Part shown: positions 26,548 to 38,132 of the stretch, one piece after another
Numbering within the stretch: position 1 is the first letter of the stretch
Layout of the letters: every line of letters starts with the position of its first letter
DNA from: a virus
Reading direction: 5' to 3' (one strand)
Virus record (IMG/VR): IMGVR_UViG_3300021961_000025
DNA: 64,000 bases
Position numbers and translations under genes: made by a program
The notes under the pieces: model-generated
Database searches by the model: none
Told to the model about the DNA's origin: nothing
What the model saw: only the letters and a program-made list of their open reading frames with translations

Positions 26548-27948
26548 GTGGCAGCAATTATCACATCCAAGTTCCGAATTCATAATGCGGAACAGTTCAA
26601 AGAGGCTTTCGGCGAAACCTCTGCGACTAATATGTATCTCGGAATTGGTCGTCCTCAATCATGGACGGACGATAATCTTCCAGATACTCCAAAAGACACA
26701 GTTAGTGACGAATTCTACTATTGGGACGATATGATCGCTCTCAAGAGAATTCAAGAGTCTGACGTAACCCTTGCAATTCCAAGAAGAGATTGGACTTCAG
26801 GTAAGTACTACGACATCTATCGTCACGACTACAATGGCACTACAGCTGGAGTTAACATTGACTCTGGTGGTGCTACAACTCCAAGCACTTTGTTTGGCGC
26901 AAACTTCTTTGTCATTACAGACGAATATAACGTTTACAAATGTGTTGACAACGCAGGAGGTTCTGCTTCTACAGACAAACCAACAGGACAAGGAACAACT
27001 GTTATTACCACTAACGATAACTACAAGTGGAAATATATGTACAGTGTTTCTCCTTCTGATGTGCTGAAGTTCGTTTCAACAGATTTTATTCCAGTTAAAA
27101 AACTAGGTACAAATCCTGGAGCAACTGATGCTTACTACAATCAATACTTGGTTGAGCAAGCAGCAATCGATGGTAAATTAGATCACATCGTTATGACTAA
27201 CGTTGGATCTGGTTATACCTCTGTTCCTACAGTAACTATTACTGGTGATGGTACTGGTGCGACAGCAACTGCTGTTCGTGACGCAGGTACTGACACAATC
27301 ACAGGTATTACAATTACTGCTGGTGGTTCAGGTTATACTTACGCAACTATCACTGTAACAGGTGGTGGTGGATCTAATGCTACAGCTACAGCTATCGTAT
27401 CACCAAAAGGTGGACATGGTGCTGACGCAGTAGAAGAATTAGGTGGTTTTTATGTTCTTATGAACGTTCGTTTAGAATATTCAGATGGACAAGGCGACTT
27501 CCCAGTAGATAACGACTATCGTAGAATCATGCTTGTTCGTGATCCAACCAACTTTGGCGTTTCAACTATTGCAACTCTATCAACTCGTACTGCTACTTCC
27601 TCAATGGGCTACAGCGCATTGTCAGGTACAATCGTAAATGATAGAACGTTTACAGGTGGAACATCTAACGCAGTTGGACGTATCGTTTCTATTGATACTG
27701 CAACTAACACTGTTCGTTACATCCAAACTGGAACTGACAACCCATCAGGTGTTGCTTTCCAAACTGGTGAAACAATTACAATGAATGATGTTAATGGTGC
27801 ACCTACTGTAACAACATGGACTTCTGGTACTTTAACTAATCCAGAAATTCAACCAGATTCTGGTGATGTAATCTATGTTGAAAACCGTAGACCAATCAAT
27901 CGTGCAGATGATCAAATCGAAGATATTAAAATTATCGTCGAGATGTAA
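26548..27948 (+). CDS. gp8: Baseplate wedge subunit gp8
   Basis: AIITSKFRIHNA, YNVYKC, YKWKYMY, FIPV, ENRRPI.R..DQIEDIKII; GTG start with SD AGGAG. Confidence 0.9.
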   Translation: MAAIITSKFRIHNAEQFKEAFGETSATNMYLGIGRPQSWTDDNLPDTPKDTVSDEFYYWDDMIALKRIQESDVTLAIPRRDWTSGKYYDIYRHDYNGTTAGVNIDSGGATTPSTLFGANFFVITDEYNVYKCVDNAGGSASTDKPTGQGTTVITTNDNYKWKYMYSVSPSDVLKFVSTDFIPVKKLGTNPGATDAYYNQYLVEQAAIDGKLDHIVMTNVGSGYTSVPTVTITGDGTGATATAVRDAGTDTITGITITAGGSGYTYATITVTGGGGSNATATAIVSPKGGHGADAVEELGGFYVLMNVRLEYSDGQGDFPVDNDYRRIMLVRDPTNFGVSTIATLSTRTATSSMGYSALSGTIVNDRTFTGGTSNAVGRIVSIDTATNTVRYIQTGTDNPSGVAFQTGETITMNDVNGAPTVTTWTSGTLTNPEIQPDSGDVIYVENRRPINRADDQIEDIKIIVEM

Positions 27949-27997
27949 TGCTAAATATCTTTGGATATTTTATAATTAACAGGTAAGAGACAAACGA

Positions 27998-30900
27998 ATG
28001 GCAATCAATTTTAACGTAGCACCATATTTTGACGACTATCAAGATGCGAAGAAATTTCTTCGTGTCCTGTTTCGTCCAGGATATTCAGTTCAGGCTAGAG
28101 AATTAACACAACTACAAACTATTTTACAAGATCAAGTATCACGTTTTGGTGATCACGTCTTCAAGAATGGTTCAATGGTTGTTCCTGGATCAGTTAACGT
28201 TGATAATCAAGTCCACTTCGCTAAACTCGAAGATTTGTATAATAACGAATCTGTTAGATCTTACCTAACACAGTTCCGTAGTAAAATTGTCACTGGAGTA
28301 ACTTCAGGTGTGAAAGCACTTGTTGTTGATACATCTGAGTGCGGATGTATGGTTGCTGGAGACAGCGATATTGCTACGTTGTATTTCAAAATTGAAAGCA
28401 CAGCTGATGATGGAGTAACTAAGAGATTCATTCCTGGAGAAACTCTTACTGCACTTGCAAGCGACAATACAACGACTGCTAACTATCGTTTAACCACAAG
28501 CCAAGTTGGTGACATTTCTGTTCAAATTAGAACATTCGGTGACACTGGTAACGTTGGTACTTCATACACAGAAAATGAAGCATCAGATGTACTAGGTTAT
28601 GGCTACGCTGTTGAAGTAAAACAAGGTATTTACTTTATTGATGGATTCTTCGTTCAAAACGATGAATTACACTTATACATTGGTAGATTTAATAATAAAC
28701 CTACAGCACGTGTTGGATTTGAAGTACTTGAACAAATCGTAACACCAGAAGATGATACTTCATTAAACGACAACGCACAAGGATCAAATAACTATGCTGC
28801 TCCTGGAGCACATCGTTATAAAATTGATTTAGCTTTAAAACGACTAGCACTTAATACTACCGACTCAGTTAAATTTATTGAGTTGCTACGTGTAGTTGAT
28901 GGTCGTGTTCAGCACAAAGTTGAAAAGACAAGTTATGCTGAATTAGAAAAAACTTTTGCTCGTCGTACCTATGACGAATCTGGTAACTACGAAGTTAACA
29001 AGTTCCGTTTATCTGTTCGTGAACATTTAGACGATGGAGTTAACAATGGTGTTTATGATGCACGTCCATCAAGTGGTGCATTAACCGATAAGACTTACGG
29101 TAACACTAATCAAATCGCATTAGTTGTAGATCCTGGAAAAGCATACGTACAAGGTTACGAAGTTGAAGGAACAATTACACAATACGTTGCAGTTAATAAA
29201 GCAAGACCAATTAATGGTGTTGAGAATGGACATATTGTTCGTTTAGATGATCAACCTATTGGTACTCCAGTTGGTAACTACGCATTAGTTGATACTATTC
29301 GTGGTGTTCCAGATCTTGTAAACTTTGAAACAGTTTACTTATGGAATGGTACTGATCCATGGGGTTCACCTCCAACAGTTGGTACTTCTACAAACGTAGG
29401 CAAAACTGGTTTAGTTGGTACAGCTAGAGTTAGATCTTTCCAATTACACAGTTCAGCTTATTCCAATAGTGCTCACTACAAAATGTCTTTCTTCGATATT
29501 CAAATGGAAGAAGGATTTACTTTTGAGCGTGATGCAAAATGGATTACTGACGCTGGCAATACTGGCACAATCGATTTCTATGCAAACCTAGCACAATATG
29601 GCTCAGGTGGTGTATTAGTTAATGGTACTGCTGCTGGAACATCTGGCAGTGCAACAATTACTGGTTTCGGTACTAAATTCCTAACTGATTTTAAAGTTGG
29701 TGATGCTATCGTTCTTGGTGGTAACTTCGTTGGTTTCGTAACTAACATCGCAAGTCAAACAGAATTAACTATTGATTCAAACCTAACTGCTCCACAAGCA
29801 GGTACTGGTGGTGCTCAAACTTTAACTCGTGGTGATTCAAGACTCTACGATGTTGAATACGATACACTCCTATTTAAAACAGGTTATCAAAATACAAAAA
29901 CATTACGTGGAAAAGATAATCTAACAGGACAAGATACTGTTAAGTCAAGTACACAAACTGTTCGTCGTACAATCACTGCTTCAGCTGATTCAGTAACGAC
30001 TGACTGGTCATTTACTTTGACCAATACAAACGAATTCTTCTTGAGCGATCAAGACTTAGCAAACTTTACATTGTTCGATAATGTTACTGATCAAATCGTA
30101 AACATTACTTCAGCAATGATTAGTTTTGATGACGACGCAAATAGAAAAACAATTACTATTTCTGGCTCATTAGCTAGTTTAACTGCAAGTCGTTCATACA
30201 CTTTAATTGCTTCAATTCTACAAATCGGTGTTCAAGCAGCAGAGAAAATTAAAACTGCAACTGCTTACACTGCTACTGTTACAACTAAGAAATCTGTAAC
30301 TGCGAAGAATGTTATTCTTCCTCATGCTGATATTTTAGAAGTCACTGAAGTTTTAATGACTCCAGGAGACTATGCTACATTTAATGCAGCAAACTCTGTA
30401 GATATTACTAATAACTTTACGTTAGACAGTGGTCAACGTTCAACTCACTATCAAGCTGGTGCTTTAGTACTTAAAGAGGGTGCTTCTGTTCCTACTGGTG
30501 CTTTACAAGTTAAGTATCGTTATTTTGCTTATAGTAGTTCTGGTAACTATTTCTCTGCAGACTCTTACAATACTACAATTGATTACGAAGATATTCCTTC
30601 ATTCAAAGTTCGTGCTAATGATGGCACAGTTGAAGAAGTATACTTACACGACGTAATTGATTATCGTCCAGTAATTAGTGGACTAAACAGTTTCAAACCA
30701 GAGATTCCAAAAATTGGAACGGACTTCAATACTTCTCTTGCTTACTATCTACCAAGATTTGATAAGGTTGTATTAGATTCAGTCGGTCGTATTAATGTTA
30801 TCGCTGGTGTTCCTGCTCTTGATCCTAAAGAGCCAGAAGATCCAAAAGAGGGTATGGTATTAGCAACTGTTATGCTACCTGCCTACACTAAATCTGCATC

Positions 30901-33900
30901 TGATGTAAAAGTTTATCAAAGAGATAATCGTCGTTACACAATGCGTGATATTGGTCATCTAGAAAGAAGAATTAAGAATCTAGAATACTATGTTTCTCTA
31001 AACTTACTTGAAAGAGAAACAGAGCAACTATCAATTAAAGATGGTACTACTGGTATTGATAGATTTAAAAACGGATTTATTGTAGATCAATTTACTGGTC
31101 ACGGAATTGGTGACGTAAAACATCCTGACTATAAAATTGCAGTTGATATAGGCAGACGTGAATTACGTCCAATGCACTTTACTTCTGCTTTAGAAGTTAT
31201 TGAGGATTTAGAATCTGCACAACAAAGAGCGACTAGAGATTATCAGCGTACTGGTGATTTAATTACTTTACCTTACACTGAAGAATTGTTTATCTTTAAT
31301 CCAAACTCTTCTCGTTCAATTGATATTAACCCTTACAAAATTGGTGCGTTCAAAGGTGAGGTAATTCTTTCACCAGAGGGCGACAACTGGAAAGACACTG
31401 ATCGTCGTCCAGACTTACAAGTTACAGATGACAATGGCTATGATGCTATTCGATTCATGGCAGAACAATTAGGCGTAACAGGAACTCAATGGGGTGAATG
31501 GCAGAATAACTGGACAGGATCTAGTAGTTCTACTCGTACTTTCCAAACTGGTAATCCAAACCAGCGTCGTCAAACAGTTCGTGGATATCAAGAAACTGTT
31601 AGAACAGACACTGGTATTTCATCACGTGAAGGAATTAGAACTTCATTAAGTGGCGAAACTAACTCAATCGATTACGGTGATCGTGTAGTAGATATTTCTT
31701 ATCTACCTTACATGCGTCCACGTCCAGTATTGTTTGCAGTTAAGAACCTAAAATCTGATACAAGATTCTATGCTTTCTTTGATGATAAGAGAGTAGATGC
31801 TGATAATATTCGTCCAGCTGATGTATTTAAAGTTACACAAATTGTTGGTTCAACTAATATTAACTTTGATCCAACTTTTGTTAGCCAAACTATTCTAGCT
31901 GACGATCCAGCAAGATCATACAATGGTGTAATCGAGCCAGCATTTGGTAGTGGTGATATTGTTAAAAACAGTACACATACTCCAACTGTAGTTCAAACTA
32001 TTACACACATTACTGATCCTTTAGGAGCAAGTTCATTTACAATGACAGTTGCTGATGCTGCTGGTATTCTTCCAGGACATCACGTGTTCTTGTATAACTT
32101 TGATGCTGCAAGACCAAGTCCAAATGTAAGTTCATACTTTACTGAACAAAACAGAACACAGACTACTTTAACAGCTGTCGATACTACTCACTCTAAACAA
32201 TTAAACAGACGTTACTTTAAAGTAAGTGCTGTTAATGGAACTACTTTAACTTTAACAAGCACAGATGGTTCAACTATCTCTGCGTTTGATTCTTATGCAA
32301 CTACTAATTACCCTGCTGGTGATGGTGGTCGTTTATTAAGATTACAAGCAAGTGGTGTTGTTGCGTTTAGTGGTGTTGAAGATTCTTCTACTGTTATTGA
32401 TGTTCACGTAGTTAATATTAAGAATGGTTTCGCTATTGGCGAACAATTAACTGGTGAAGCAGATCTTGGCTCTGGTGCAAGAAACCGAGTAACGATTACT
32501 TCAATCAATGGTGGAACATCAACTACAACTGCTCCAACTATGAAAGCGATCGGCGATGCTGTTCGTACTGATTCATGGGGATCTGCTGTAGGTATCTTCT
32601 ATCTACCTGAAAATACTTTCCGTACTGGTGAGAGATCATTTAAACTTATTGACAACGTTAGCAACAGTGATGCCAACTTTGACTCAAAAGGTTTTGCTAC
32701 TTACTACTCAACTGGTATGAGTTTACAAAAAGAACGTACTGTTGTTAACTCACGAGATGTTAGATTCGTACAAGATCGTTTATATGAATCGATTCCAATT
32801 CGTAGAACAACTACTTCAACAAGATTACTATACAGCTATTGGACAGGACACGATCCAGTTGCACAAACCTTTGTAGTATCATCACTAGGTGGTGCATTTA
32901 TTTCTAGCGTAGATTTATTCTTCCAAGAAACAGGTAATCGTCCAGTAACTGTTGAATTAAGAACAACTAACAATGGTGTTCCTACTTCTAAGATTTTACC
33001 ATTTACAACTGTAACTAAAGATCCTTCACAGATTAATATTTCAGAAAATGGTTCAGTTTCTACTACCTTTACATTCGATGCTCCTGTATACTTACAGGAC
33101 AATGAAACTTATGCTCTTGTCGTTAAGACTGACGAACCTGGAGCGAAGTTATTCATCTCTGAATTAGGTAAAACTGATTTACAAACAAACAATATTATTA
33201 CAAGTCAGCCATTAACTGGCTCATTATACCTATCACAAAACTCAAGAGAATTTGAGATCAATCCTTTATTAGATCTTAAATTCAATATGAAGAAATGTAA
33301 GTTTGATACTGATGCAAGTGCTAACGTTGAATTAAAAGCAAGTGCTCCAGTGGTAATGAATTTACCTGAGAATCCATTTGAGTTCACACCTAACACTACA
33401 ACTGTTCGTGTGTCTCATTCAAACCATGGATTTGCTGCAGGTGATCTAGTTGTTATCTCTGGTGTAGCTGATGGATTGTATGGTGCTAACAGTACTACCA
33501 ATGGTGCAAGTGATGATCTATTAAATGGTTCACACACTGTACTAGCTACTGGTATTACTAAAGACTCATACCTAATCGCACTACAAACTACAGATTCTTC
33601 TGGAAACAGTTTACTAAGTGGAACTACTGCCAACTTTGTAAAAGGTAATTATGGTGGACAAAGTGTAAAAGCGACTAGACAATTATTCATGGATTATATG
33701 TTCTTGAAGTCAAACGATCTAAACTTCCAAGATACTTCTATCACTTGGTATGTGAATGCTGAGGACACAAGTGGTACTCGTACTGGAACATTACCGATCG
33801 TTGCAAACGAAGATTATGTGTTTGACTCTCGTAAAGTTATTAAATCTTTTGAAAATCAAAGAGTGGTGACAACGACTCCATTGTTGAAGTCACCATCTCT

Positions 33901-35242
33901 ACAACTTCACGCAGTAATTAGTTCAGATAACGAAAACGTATCTCCAGTAATTGATATGCAAAAACTTTCTGTTTATGCAATTCAAAACCTAGTTGGTAAT
34001 AAAACTGCTTCTGATCTAAACGTTCCTGCGATTGATACGCTAACACTTATTGAAGATAGTTCAGTTGTTGATACTGATACCTATGTAATTGGTAGTGGTA
34101 CTATTACAGTTAACACTGCAAGCGACAATGTAACTGGTTCAGGTACACAATTTACAACTCAAGTTAAAGTTGGAGAAACTCTACGTATCGGTAACGATGC
34201 AGTGGGTGTTGTTCTAACAATTAACTCAGACACCGATCTAGATCTAACTACAGTATCATTGATAACTTCTAGCAACTCAGCTTACAAGATTGTAGCACGT
34301 GGTTGGTTAGAGTTTGAAAACGTCAATGGTGCTGGTGTAATTAGAACATGGGTTGATGCTGCAGACAATATTTTACAAAACGCACAAATCGGATCTCAAT
34401 TAACTATCAATGGTGTTTGGTCTTCTAAAATTGACGGAACATATTTGATAAATAATGTTACAGAGTCTTCTGATTCTTCACGTTTCGCAGGTAGTGCTGA
34501 TGGTAACAAAGTAGAAATTACTTTAGCAAGTCCTTTCTATACTTTCCCATCTATTGCTTATCTAAATCTAGTAAATGACTGGATTGAATTACAATTAGGT
34601 GGTTCACAAACTTCTAGTACTTCTAGCACAAGCATTTCCTCAACGAATGATAATACTGCTTATATTACAGCAGGAGATCAGATTGTATCATCTACTGTTT
34701 ACGAAGTTGTAAATCCAGATGGTGGTAGTGAAGAAAGATTAGAAAGAAAAGTAGTTGGTACTGTTCAGTCAGTTGCTGCAGGATCTATTACGTTGACTTC
34801 AAATGCAACGATTGCTATTACTGAGGCGATGTTCGTACGTAAACCAAATCTAAACTGGTCAGTGAATCAGCTTAAGAGTTTCGTAGATGACTTTGCTCCT
34901 ACTGGCTCTTCAAACTTGGCTAACTATGTAACAAGACCATTAACGCTTTCTACTTCAGCTGACAGTGTTCGTATGTTGTTTGATGCTACGATTCCACAAA
35001 ATACAGATATTATAGTTTACTATCGTGTATGGAATGGTGACCAAGATTTAAGCAAATTAAAATGGACTAATGCAGGATTTACATCTTTATCTAAATCTGC
35101 AGTAGACTTCTTTACTGAAAGAGAAGTAAATGTAAATGATATTACTGACTTTACAAATTTACAAGTTAAGTTTGTGATGAAGTCTAGCAATACGACTTAC
35201 ATTCCTAAGATTAAAAATTTAAGAGTGGTGGCTCATAGTTAA
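27998..35242 (+). CDS. Very large virion structural protein (DUF4815/VrlC-like), 2414 aa
   Basis: FNVAPYFDDY..K.F.RVLFRPG.SVQARELTQLQ, APGAHRYKI, RRTYDESGNY, RRYTMRDIG.LE.RI.NLEYY, DPVAQTF. Confidence 0.85.
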   Translation: MAINFNVAPYFDDYQDAKKFLRVLFRPGYSVQARELTQLQTILQDQVSRFGDHVFKNGSMVVPGSVNVDNQVHFAKLEDLYNNESVRSYLTQFRSKIVTGVTSGVKALVVDTSECGCMVAGDSDIATLYFKIESTADDGVTKRFIPGETLTALASDNTTTANYRLTTSQVGDISVQIRTFGDTGNVGTSYTENEASDVLGYGYAVEVKQGIYFIDGFFVQNDELHLYIGRFNNKPTARVGFEVLEQIVTPEDDTSLNDNAQGSNNYAAPGAHRYKIDLALKRLALNTTDSVKFIELLRVVDGRVQHKVEKTSYAELEKTFARRTYDESGNYEVNKFRLSVREHLDDGVNNGVYDARPSSGALTDKTYGNTNQIALVVDPGKAYVQGYEVEGTITQYVAVNKARPINGVENGHIVRLDDQPIGTPVGNYALVDTIRGVPDLVNFETVYLWNGTDPWGSPPTVGTSTNVGKTGLVGTARVRSFQLHSSAYSNSAHYKMSFFDIQMEEGFTFERDAKWITDAGNTGTIDFYANLAQYGSGGVLVNGTAAGTSGSATITGFGTKFLTDFKVGDAIVLGGNFVGFVTNIASQTELTIDSNLTAPQAGTGGAQTLTRGDSRLYDVEYDTLLFKTGYQNTKTLRGKDNLTGQDTVKSSTQTVRRTITASADSVTTDWSFTLTNTNEFFLSDQDLANFTLFDNVTDQIVNITSAMISFDDDANRKTITISGSLASLTASRSYTLIASILQIGVQAAEKIKTATAYTATVTTKKSVTAKNVILPHADILEVTEVLMTPGDYATFNAANSVDITNNFTLDSGQRSTHYQAGALVLKEGASVPTGALQVKYRYFAYSSSGNYFSADSYNTTIDYEDIPSFKVRANDGTVEEVYLHDVIDYRPVISGLNSFKPEIPKIGTDFNTSLAYYLPRFDKVVLDSVGRINVIAGVPALDPKEPEDPKEGMVLATVMLPAYTKSASDVKVYQRDNRRYTMRDIGHLERRIKNLEYYVSLNLLERETEQLSIKDGTTGIDRFKNGFIVDQFTGHGIGDVKHPDYKIAVDIGRRELRPMHFTSALEVIEDLESAQQRATRDYQRTGDLITLPYTEELFIFNPNSSRSIDINPYKIGAFKGEVILSPEGDNWKDTDRRPDLQVTDDNGYDAIRFMAEQLGVTGTQWGEWQNNWTGSSSSTRTFQTGNPNQRRQTVRGYQETVRTDTGISSREGIRTSLSGETNSIDYGDRVVDISYLPYMRPRPVLFAVKNLKSDTRFYAFFDDKRVDADNIRPADVFKVTQIVGSTNINFDPTFVSQTILADDPARSYNGVIEPAFGSGDIVKNSTHTPTVVQTITHITDPLGASSFTMTVADAAGILPGHHVFLYNFDAARPSPNVSSYFTEQNRTQTTLTAVDTTHSKQLNRRYFKVSAVNGTTLTLTSTDGSTISAFDSYATTNYPAGDGGRLLRLQASGVVAFSGVEDSSTVIDVHVVNIKNGFAIGEQLTGEADLGSGARNRVTITSINGGTSTTTAPTMKAIGDAVRTDSWGSAVGIFYLPENTFRTGERSFKLIDNVSNSDANFDSKGFATYYSTGMSLQKERTVVNSRDVRFVQDRLYESIPIRRTTTSTRLLYSYWTGHDPVAQTFVVSSLGGAFISSVDLFFQETGNRPVTVELRTTNNGVPTSKILPFTTVTKDPSQINISENGSVSTTFTFDAPVYLQDNETYALVVKTDEPGAKLFISELGKTDLQTNNIITSQPLTGSLYLSQNSREFEINPLLDLKFNMKKCKFDTDASANVELKASAPVVMNLPENPFEFTPNTTTVRVSHSNHGFAAGDLVVISGVADGLYGANSTTNGASDDLLNGSHTVLATGITKDSYLIALQTTDSSGNSLLSGTTANFVKGNYGGQSVKATRQLFMDYMFLKSNDLNFQDTSITWYVNAEDTSGTRTGTLPIVANEDYVFDSRKVIKSFENQRVVTTTPLLKSPSLQLHAVISSDNENVSPVIDMQKLSVYAIQNLVGNKTASDLNVPAIDTLTLIEDSSVVDTDTYVIGSGTITVNTASDNVTGSGTQFTTQVKVGETLRIGNDAVGVVLTINSDTDLDLTTVSLITSSNSAYKIVARGWLEFENVNGAGVIRTWVDAADNILQNAQIGSQLTINGVWSSKIDGTYLINNVTESSDSSRFAGSADGNKVEITLASPFYTFPSIAYLNLVNDWIELQLGGSQTSSTSSTSISSTNDNTAYITAGDQIVSSTVYEVVNPDGGSEERLERKVVGTVQSVAAGSITLTSNATIAITEAMFVRKPNLNWSVNQLKSFVDDFAPTGSSNLANYVTRPLTLSTSADSVRMLFDATIPQNTDIIVYYRVWNGDQDLSKLKWTNAGFTSLSKSAVDFFTEREVNVNDITDFTNLQVKFVMKSSNTTYIPKIKNLRVVAHS

Positions 35243-35460
35243 TGGCTTTAGCTAAGATTAAAGACTACACTCATTTAAGAAAAGATTCTTCTAATGGTGG
35301 TGTAATTAATGTGGACAACGAGGCATATGTTGCGTATAAGCGACAGAAAGCATTGTTAGTAGACTCAGTAAAAGAAAAAGAGTCTATGAGAAGTGAAATA
35401 AATAGTATGAAGAAGGATTTAGAAGAGATTAAGAATCTTCTACATAAACTAGTTGGATAA
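35242..35460 (+). CDS. Small coiled-coil protein
   Basis: LRKD..NGGVIN...EINSMKKDLEEIKNLL; TAATG coupling. Confidence 0.72.
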   Translation: MALAKIKDYTHLRKDSSNGGVINVDNEAYVAYKRQKALLVDSVKEKESMRSEINSMKKDLEEIKNLLHKLVG

Positions 35461-35465
35461 CTAAA

Positions 35466-35675
35466 ATGGCAAAACAAACAACAATAACAGAAGTTACACA
35501 GGCAAACACTTTTGATCAGTGGAGGCAGAGAACTAACGAAGTTATTACTCATACCAATAATCAAGAAGATTACATTGGTGATATCGCTCAAATCGAATCA
35601 GGTAATAATAACTTAGTTGATGCAGTCAATGAAGCAAGAGGTTATTCTGTAGCAATTTCTATCGCACTGGGGTAA
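35466..35675 (+). CDS. Small structural protein (TFDQWR..TN N-terminus, SIALG C-terminus)
   Basis: NTFDQWRQRTNE motif seen in phage fibre N-termini. Confidence 0.7.
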   Translation: MAKQTTITEVTQANTFDQWRQRTNEVITHTNNQEDYIGDIAQIESGNNNLVDAVNEARGYSVAISIALG

Positions 35676-35679
35676 ATAA

Positions 35680-36003
35680 ATGGCAAACGTATTTAAGAAC
35701 GCACTTGCTCGAGACATTGGAACTTCTGCAGTAACACTTTACAGTGCTCCTGCTACGAAGAATTCTATTTGTATCGAACTAGATGTATGTAATACGACTA
35801 ACTCCGCAGTATCTTGTAGTGCTTTCATTACTAAAGGGGGAGCCGATTATTACATCGTAAAAAATGCTCCAGTCCCAGTAGGTGGAACTTTACAGATTAT
35901 CTCTGGACAAAAGATCGTGTTAGCAGACAATGACACAATAAAAATAATTTCAACAGCGACCACATCTTTAGATGCAGTTGCTTCAATTTTAGAAGACGTA
36001 TAA
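35680..36003 (+). CDS. Small beta-sandwich structural protein (MANVFKN type)
   Basis: IVKNAPVPVGGTL...KIVL...D..ASILE. Confidence 0.7.
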   Translation: MANVFKNALARDIGTSAVTLYSAPATKNSICIELDVCNTTNSAVSCSAFITKGGADYYIVKNAPVPVGGTLQIISGQKIVLADNDTIKIISTATTSLDAVASILEDV

Positions 36004-36005
36004 AC

Positions 36006-37847
36006 ATGGCTTATATTGGTTCATCAGTTATTGAAAAACTCAATACACAGATTCGTCCACGTGACGAGTTCAGCTGTAATGGTTATCAAAAAGACTATTT
36101 GTTAGCACAAGAAATTCCTGGAGGATTTGAGTCTAATCTATTAGTCGTTATCGACAACGTAATACAGGAACCTGTAACTGCGTATACTGTTGAACATGCC
36201 TATCGTTTAGTTATCTCTGGTATTCAAGAAAACAACGTTACAACTATTCCCCTTGCTAAAAGATCAAACACTGGTGTAACTGCACCATTTGAATTGTATG
36301 ATCTTGCCACTGTTTTTGCCACAGCTGGAACTATTTTATTACAACAAGTAAATATTTCGACTAACATAGTTAATGCTGAAATGACTATCGATAAAATTGA
36401 TAGTTCAAATTATACTGTTGTTGGTCTAGTTAATAGTGGATCGTTTACTGCAAATTCAACCACTGATTATCTAAGATTTAGAATTTCAGGTGGAGATTAT
36501 ATTTTTATAACTGCTTATGGTGGTGCTTCACAACAAGCATCAGATGTTCCTCCAATTGGAGTAGGTGCAGATTATTACGTTGCAGCATCTATTGGTGTTG
36601 AGGTTGAGATTCCTAAAATCTCTGATAGAATTGTACAAGGTGCAGTAACTGGTGTAGTTGCAAATGCGACTTCTAGTTATATTGACATCTTTAAAGAAAC
36701 AGACGGACAGTTTCAAACTGGCGCAACAGAATACTTTGAACCAAAATCAGTAAACTATGCTAATACTGGAACAGTAACTTATGAAAATTTAAAAGGTGGT
36801 GATTTTAATATTGTAAGTATTGAACCACTTTCATATCAGTTACTTCATTTAAATGGTATTCCAGAATTAAACCAAAAAATTTATATCAGTCACTTAGGTG
36901 GAGCAACCTATCAAACTGCACCATCAGCTGGATCAGTAACTGACTTAGCACTGTCTGATAATTTAAAAACGTTTACTGTTGATAAATACTTATCGACAAC
37001 AAACCAAACAGATTTCCTTTTAAGTAAAGAGCCAGTTTCAGTTCAAGCAATTATCGTTACAATTAACGGACAGGTGCAAACTGATACTGTTGACTATCAA
37101 TTAATTGGTGGAACAACATTAAGACTTTCCGCACCACTTGTTGCTGGTATTAAAGTTAATGTTATTCACTTAGGGTTTAGTACTGTATCAAGAAACTCTT
37201 TCGTTGATGGATCTTTAACAACAGGATCTTTACAAGATAGAGCAGTAACTGGTGCTAAGATTGCTTTAAATACTATTAAAGCCAATAACATCGAGAACGC
37301 ACAAGCGATTACTGATGCTCTTGGAGCAATGCCACTGTATACTGATACTTTTGGTACACAAATTATTCAATCACCAATTCAATTTGACTCTAGTTCTATT
37401 TTCTTAGCTGGTGGTCAACTTAAATTTCCAGGTGTACCAGTTCTTTCGACAGACGCAAATACACTAGACAGTTATTCTGAAGGAACATTTACACCAAACT
37501 TCCATATTGGTGCCTCTTCTGCTGGTATTACATGGACTACAAATGAGGGTAACTACGTTAAGATTGGTAGAATGGTTCACGTTTGTATGACGTTTAATGC
37601 TACTACCTTTGGTGGATTAACTGGAGATGTTGTTATTGACGACTTGCCTGCAATTACAAACAACACTGCAGTTCAATGCGTTGGCACAATTCAAATGGAT
37701 ACTGGAACGACTACATTTTATAGTAAAGGTATTCCAAACACTACAACTTGTCATATTGTTAAAGAAGATGGCTCTTTAATGCAGCATTCTGACTTAATCA
37801 CTGGACAAGATATTAACGTTACGATTACATATATCTCTAAAACGTAA
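36006..37847 (+). CDS. Fibre-like structural protein (MAYIG type)
   Basis: Repeated LLVVIDNVIQEP / IVTINGQVQ modules, VTGAKI repeats, C-terminal NTLDSYSEGTFTP..G.YVKIGRMVHV tip domain. Confidence 0.7.
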   Translation: MAYIGSSVIEKLNTQIRPRDEFSCNGYQKDYLLAQEIPGGFESNLLVVIDNVIQEPVTAYTVEHAYRLVISGIQENNVTTIPLAKRSNTGVTAPFELYDLATVFATAGTILLQQVNISTNIVNAEMTIDKIDSSNYTVVGLVNSGSFTANSTTDYLRFRISGGDYIFITAYGGASQQASDVPPIGVGADYYVAASIGVEVEIPKISDRIVQGAVTGVVANATSSYIDIFKETDGQFQTGATEYFEPKSVNYANTGTVTYENLKGGDFNIVSIEPLSYQLLHLNGIPELNQKIYISHLGGATYQTAPSAGSVTDLALSDNLKTFTVDKYLSTTNQTDFLLSKEPVSVQAIIVTINGQVQTDTVDYQLIGGTTLRLSAPLVAGIKVNVIHLGFSTVSRNSFVDGSLTTGSLQDRAVTGAKIALNTIKANNIENAQAITDALGAMPLYTDTFGTQIIQSPIQFDSSSIFLAGGQLKFPGVPVLSTDANTLDSYSEGTFTPNFHIGASSAGITWTTNEGNYVKIGRMVHVCMTFNATTFGGLTGDVVIDDLPAITNNTAVQCVGTIQMDTGTTTFYSKGIPNTTTCHIVKEDGSLMQHSDLITGQDINVTITYISKT

Positions 37848-37872
37848 CCTAAATAAAGAATAGAGGAAACAA

Positions 37873-38103
37873 ATGGCACTAAGTAAAGTTAAATCAAAGG
37901 GGATCCAAGACAACATTGAGTTGCAAGGTAATAACACTACGCTTGCAGTTGGACCTCAGACTGATCGTCCATTGGTTCCTAAAAAAGGGGATATTCGTTT
38001 TAACGAAACGTTAAATCGACAAGAGATTTACGATGGATTAAAATGGGATCCAATCAATGCTCAATCGCTATCTATTGCATTAAATGTGGCATTAGGTGGT
38101 TAA
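37873..38103 (+). CDS. Small fibre connector-like protein
   Basis: GDIRFNE...EIYDG.KW; ends IALNVALGG; late promoter at 37849, SD GAGG. Confidence 0.68.
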   Translation: MALSKVKSKGIQDNIELQGNNTTLAVGPQTDRPLVPKKGDIRFNETLNRQEIYDGLKWDPINAQSLSIALNVALGG

Positions 38104-38132
38104 AGATTACTAAATAAAGGTGTGATTATACT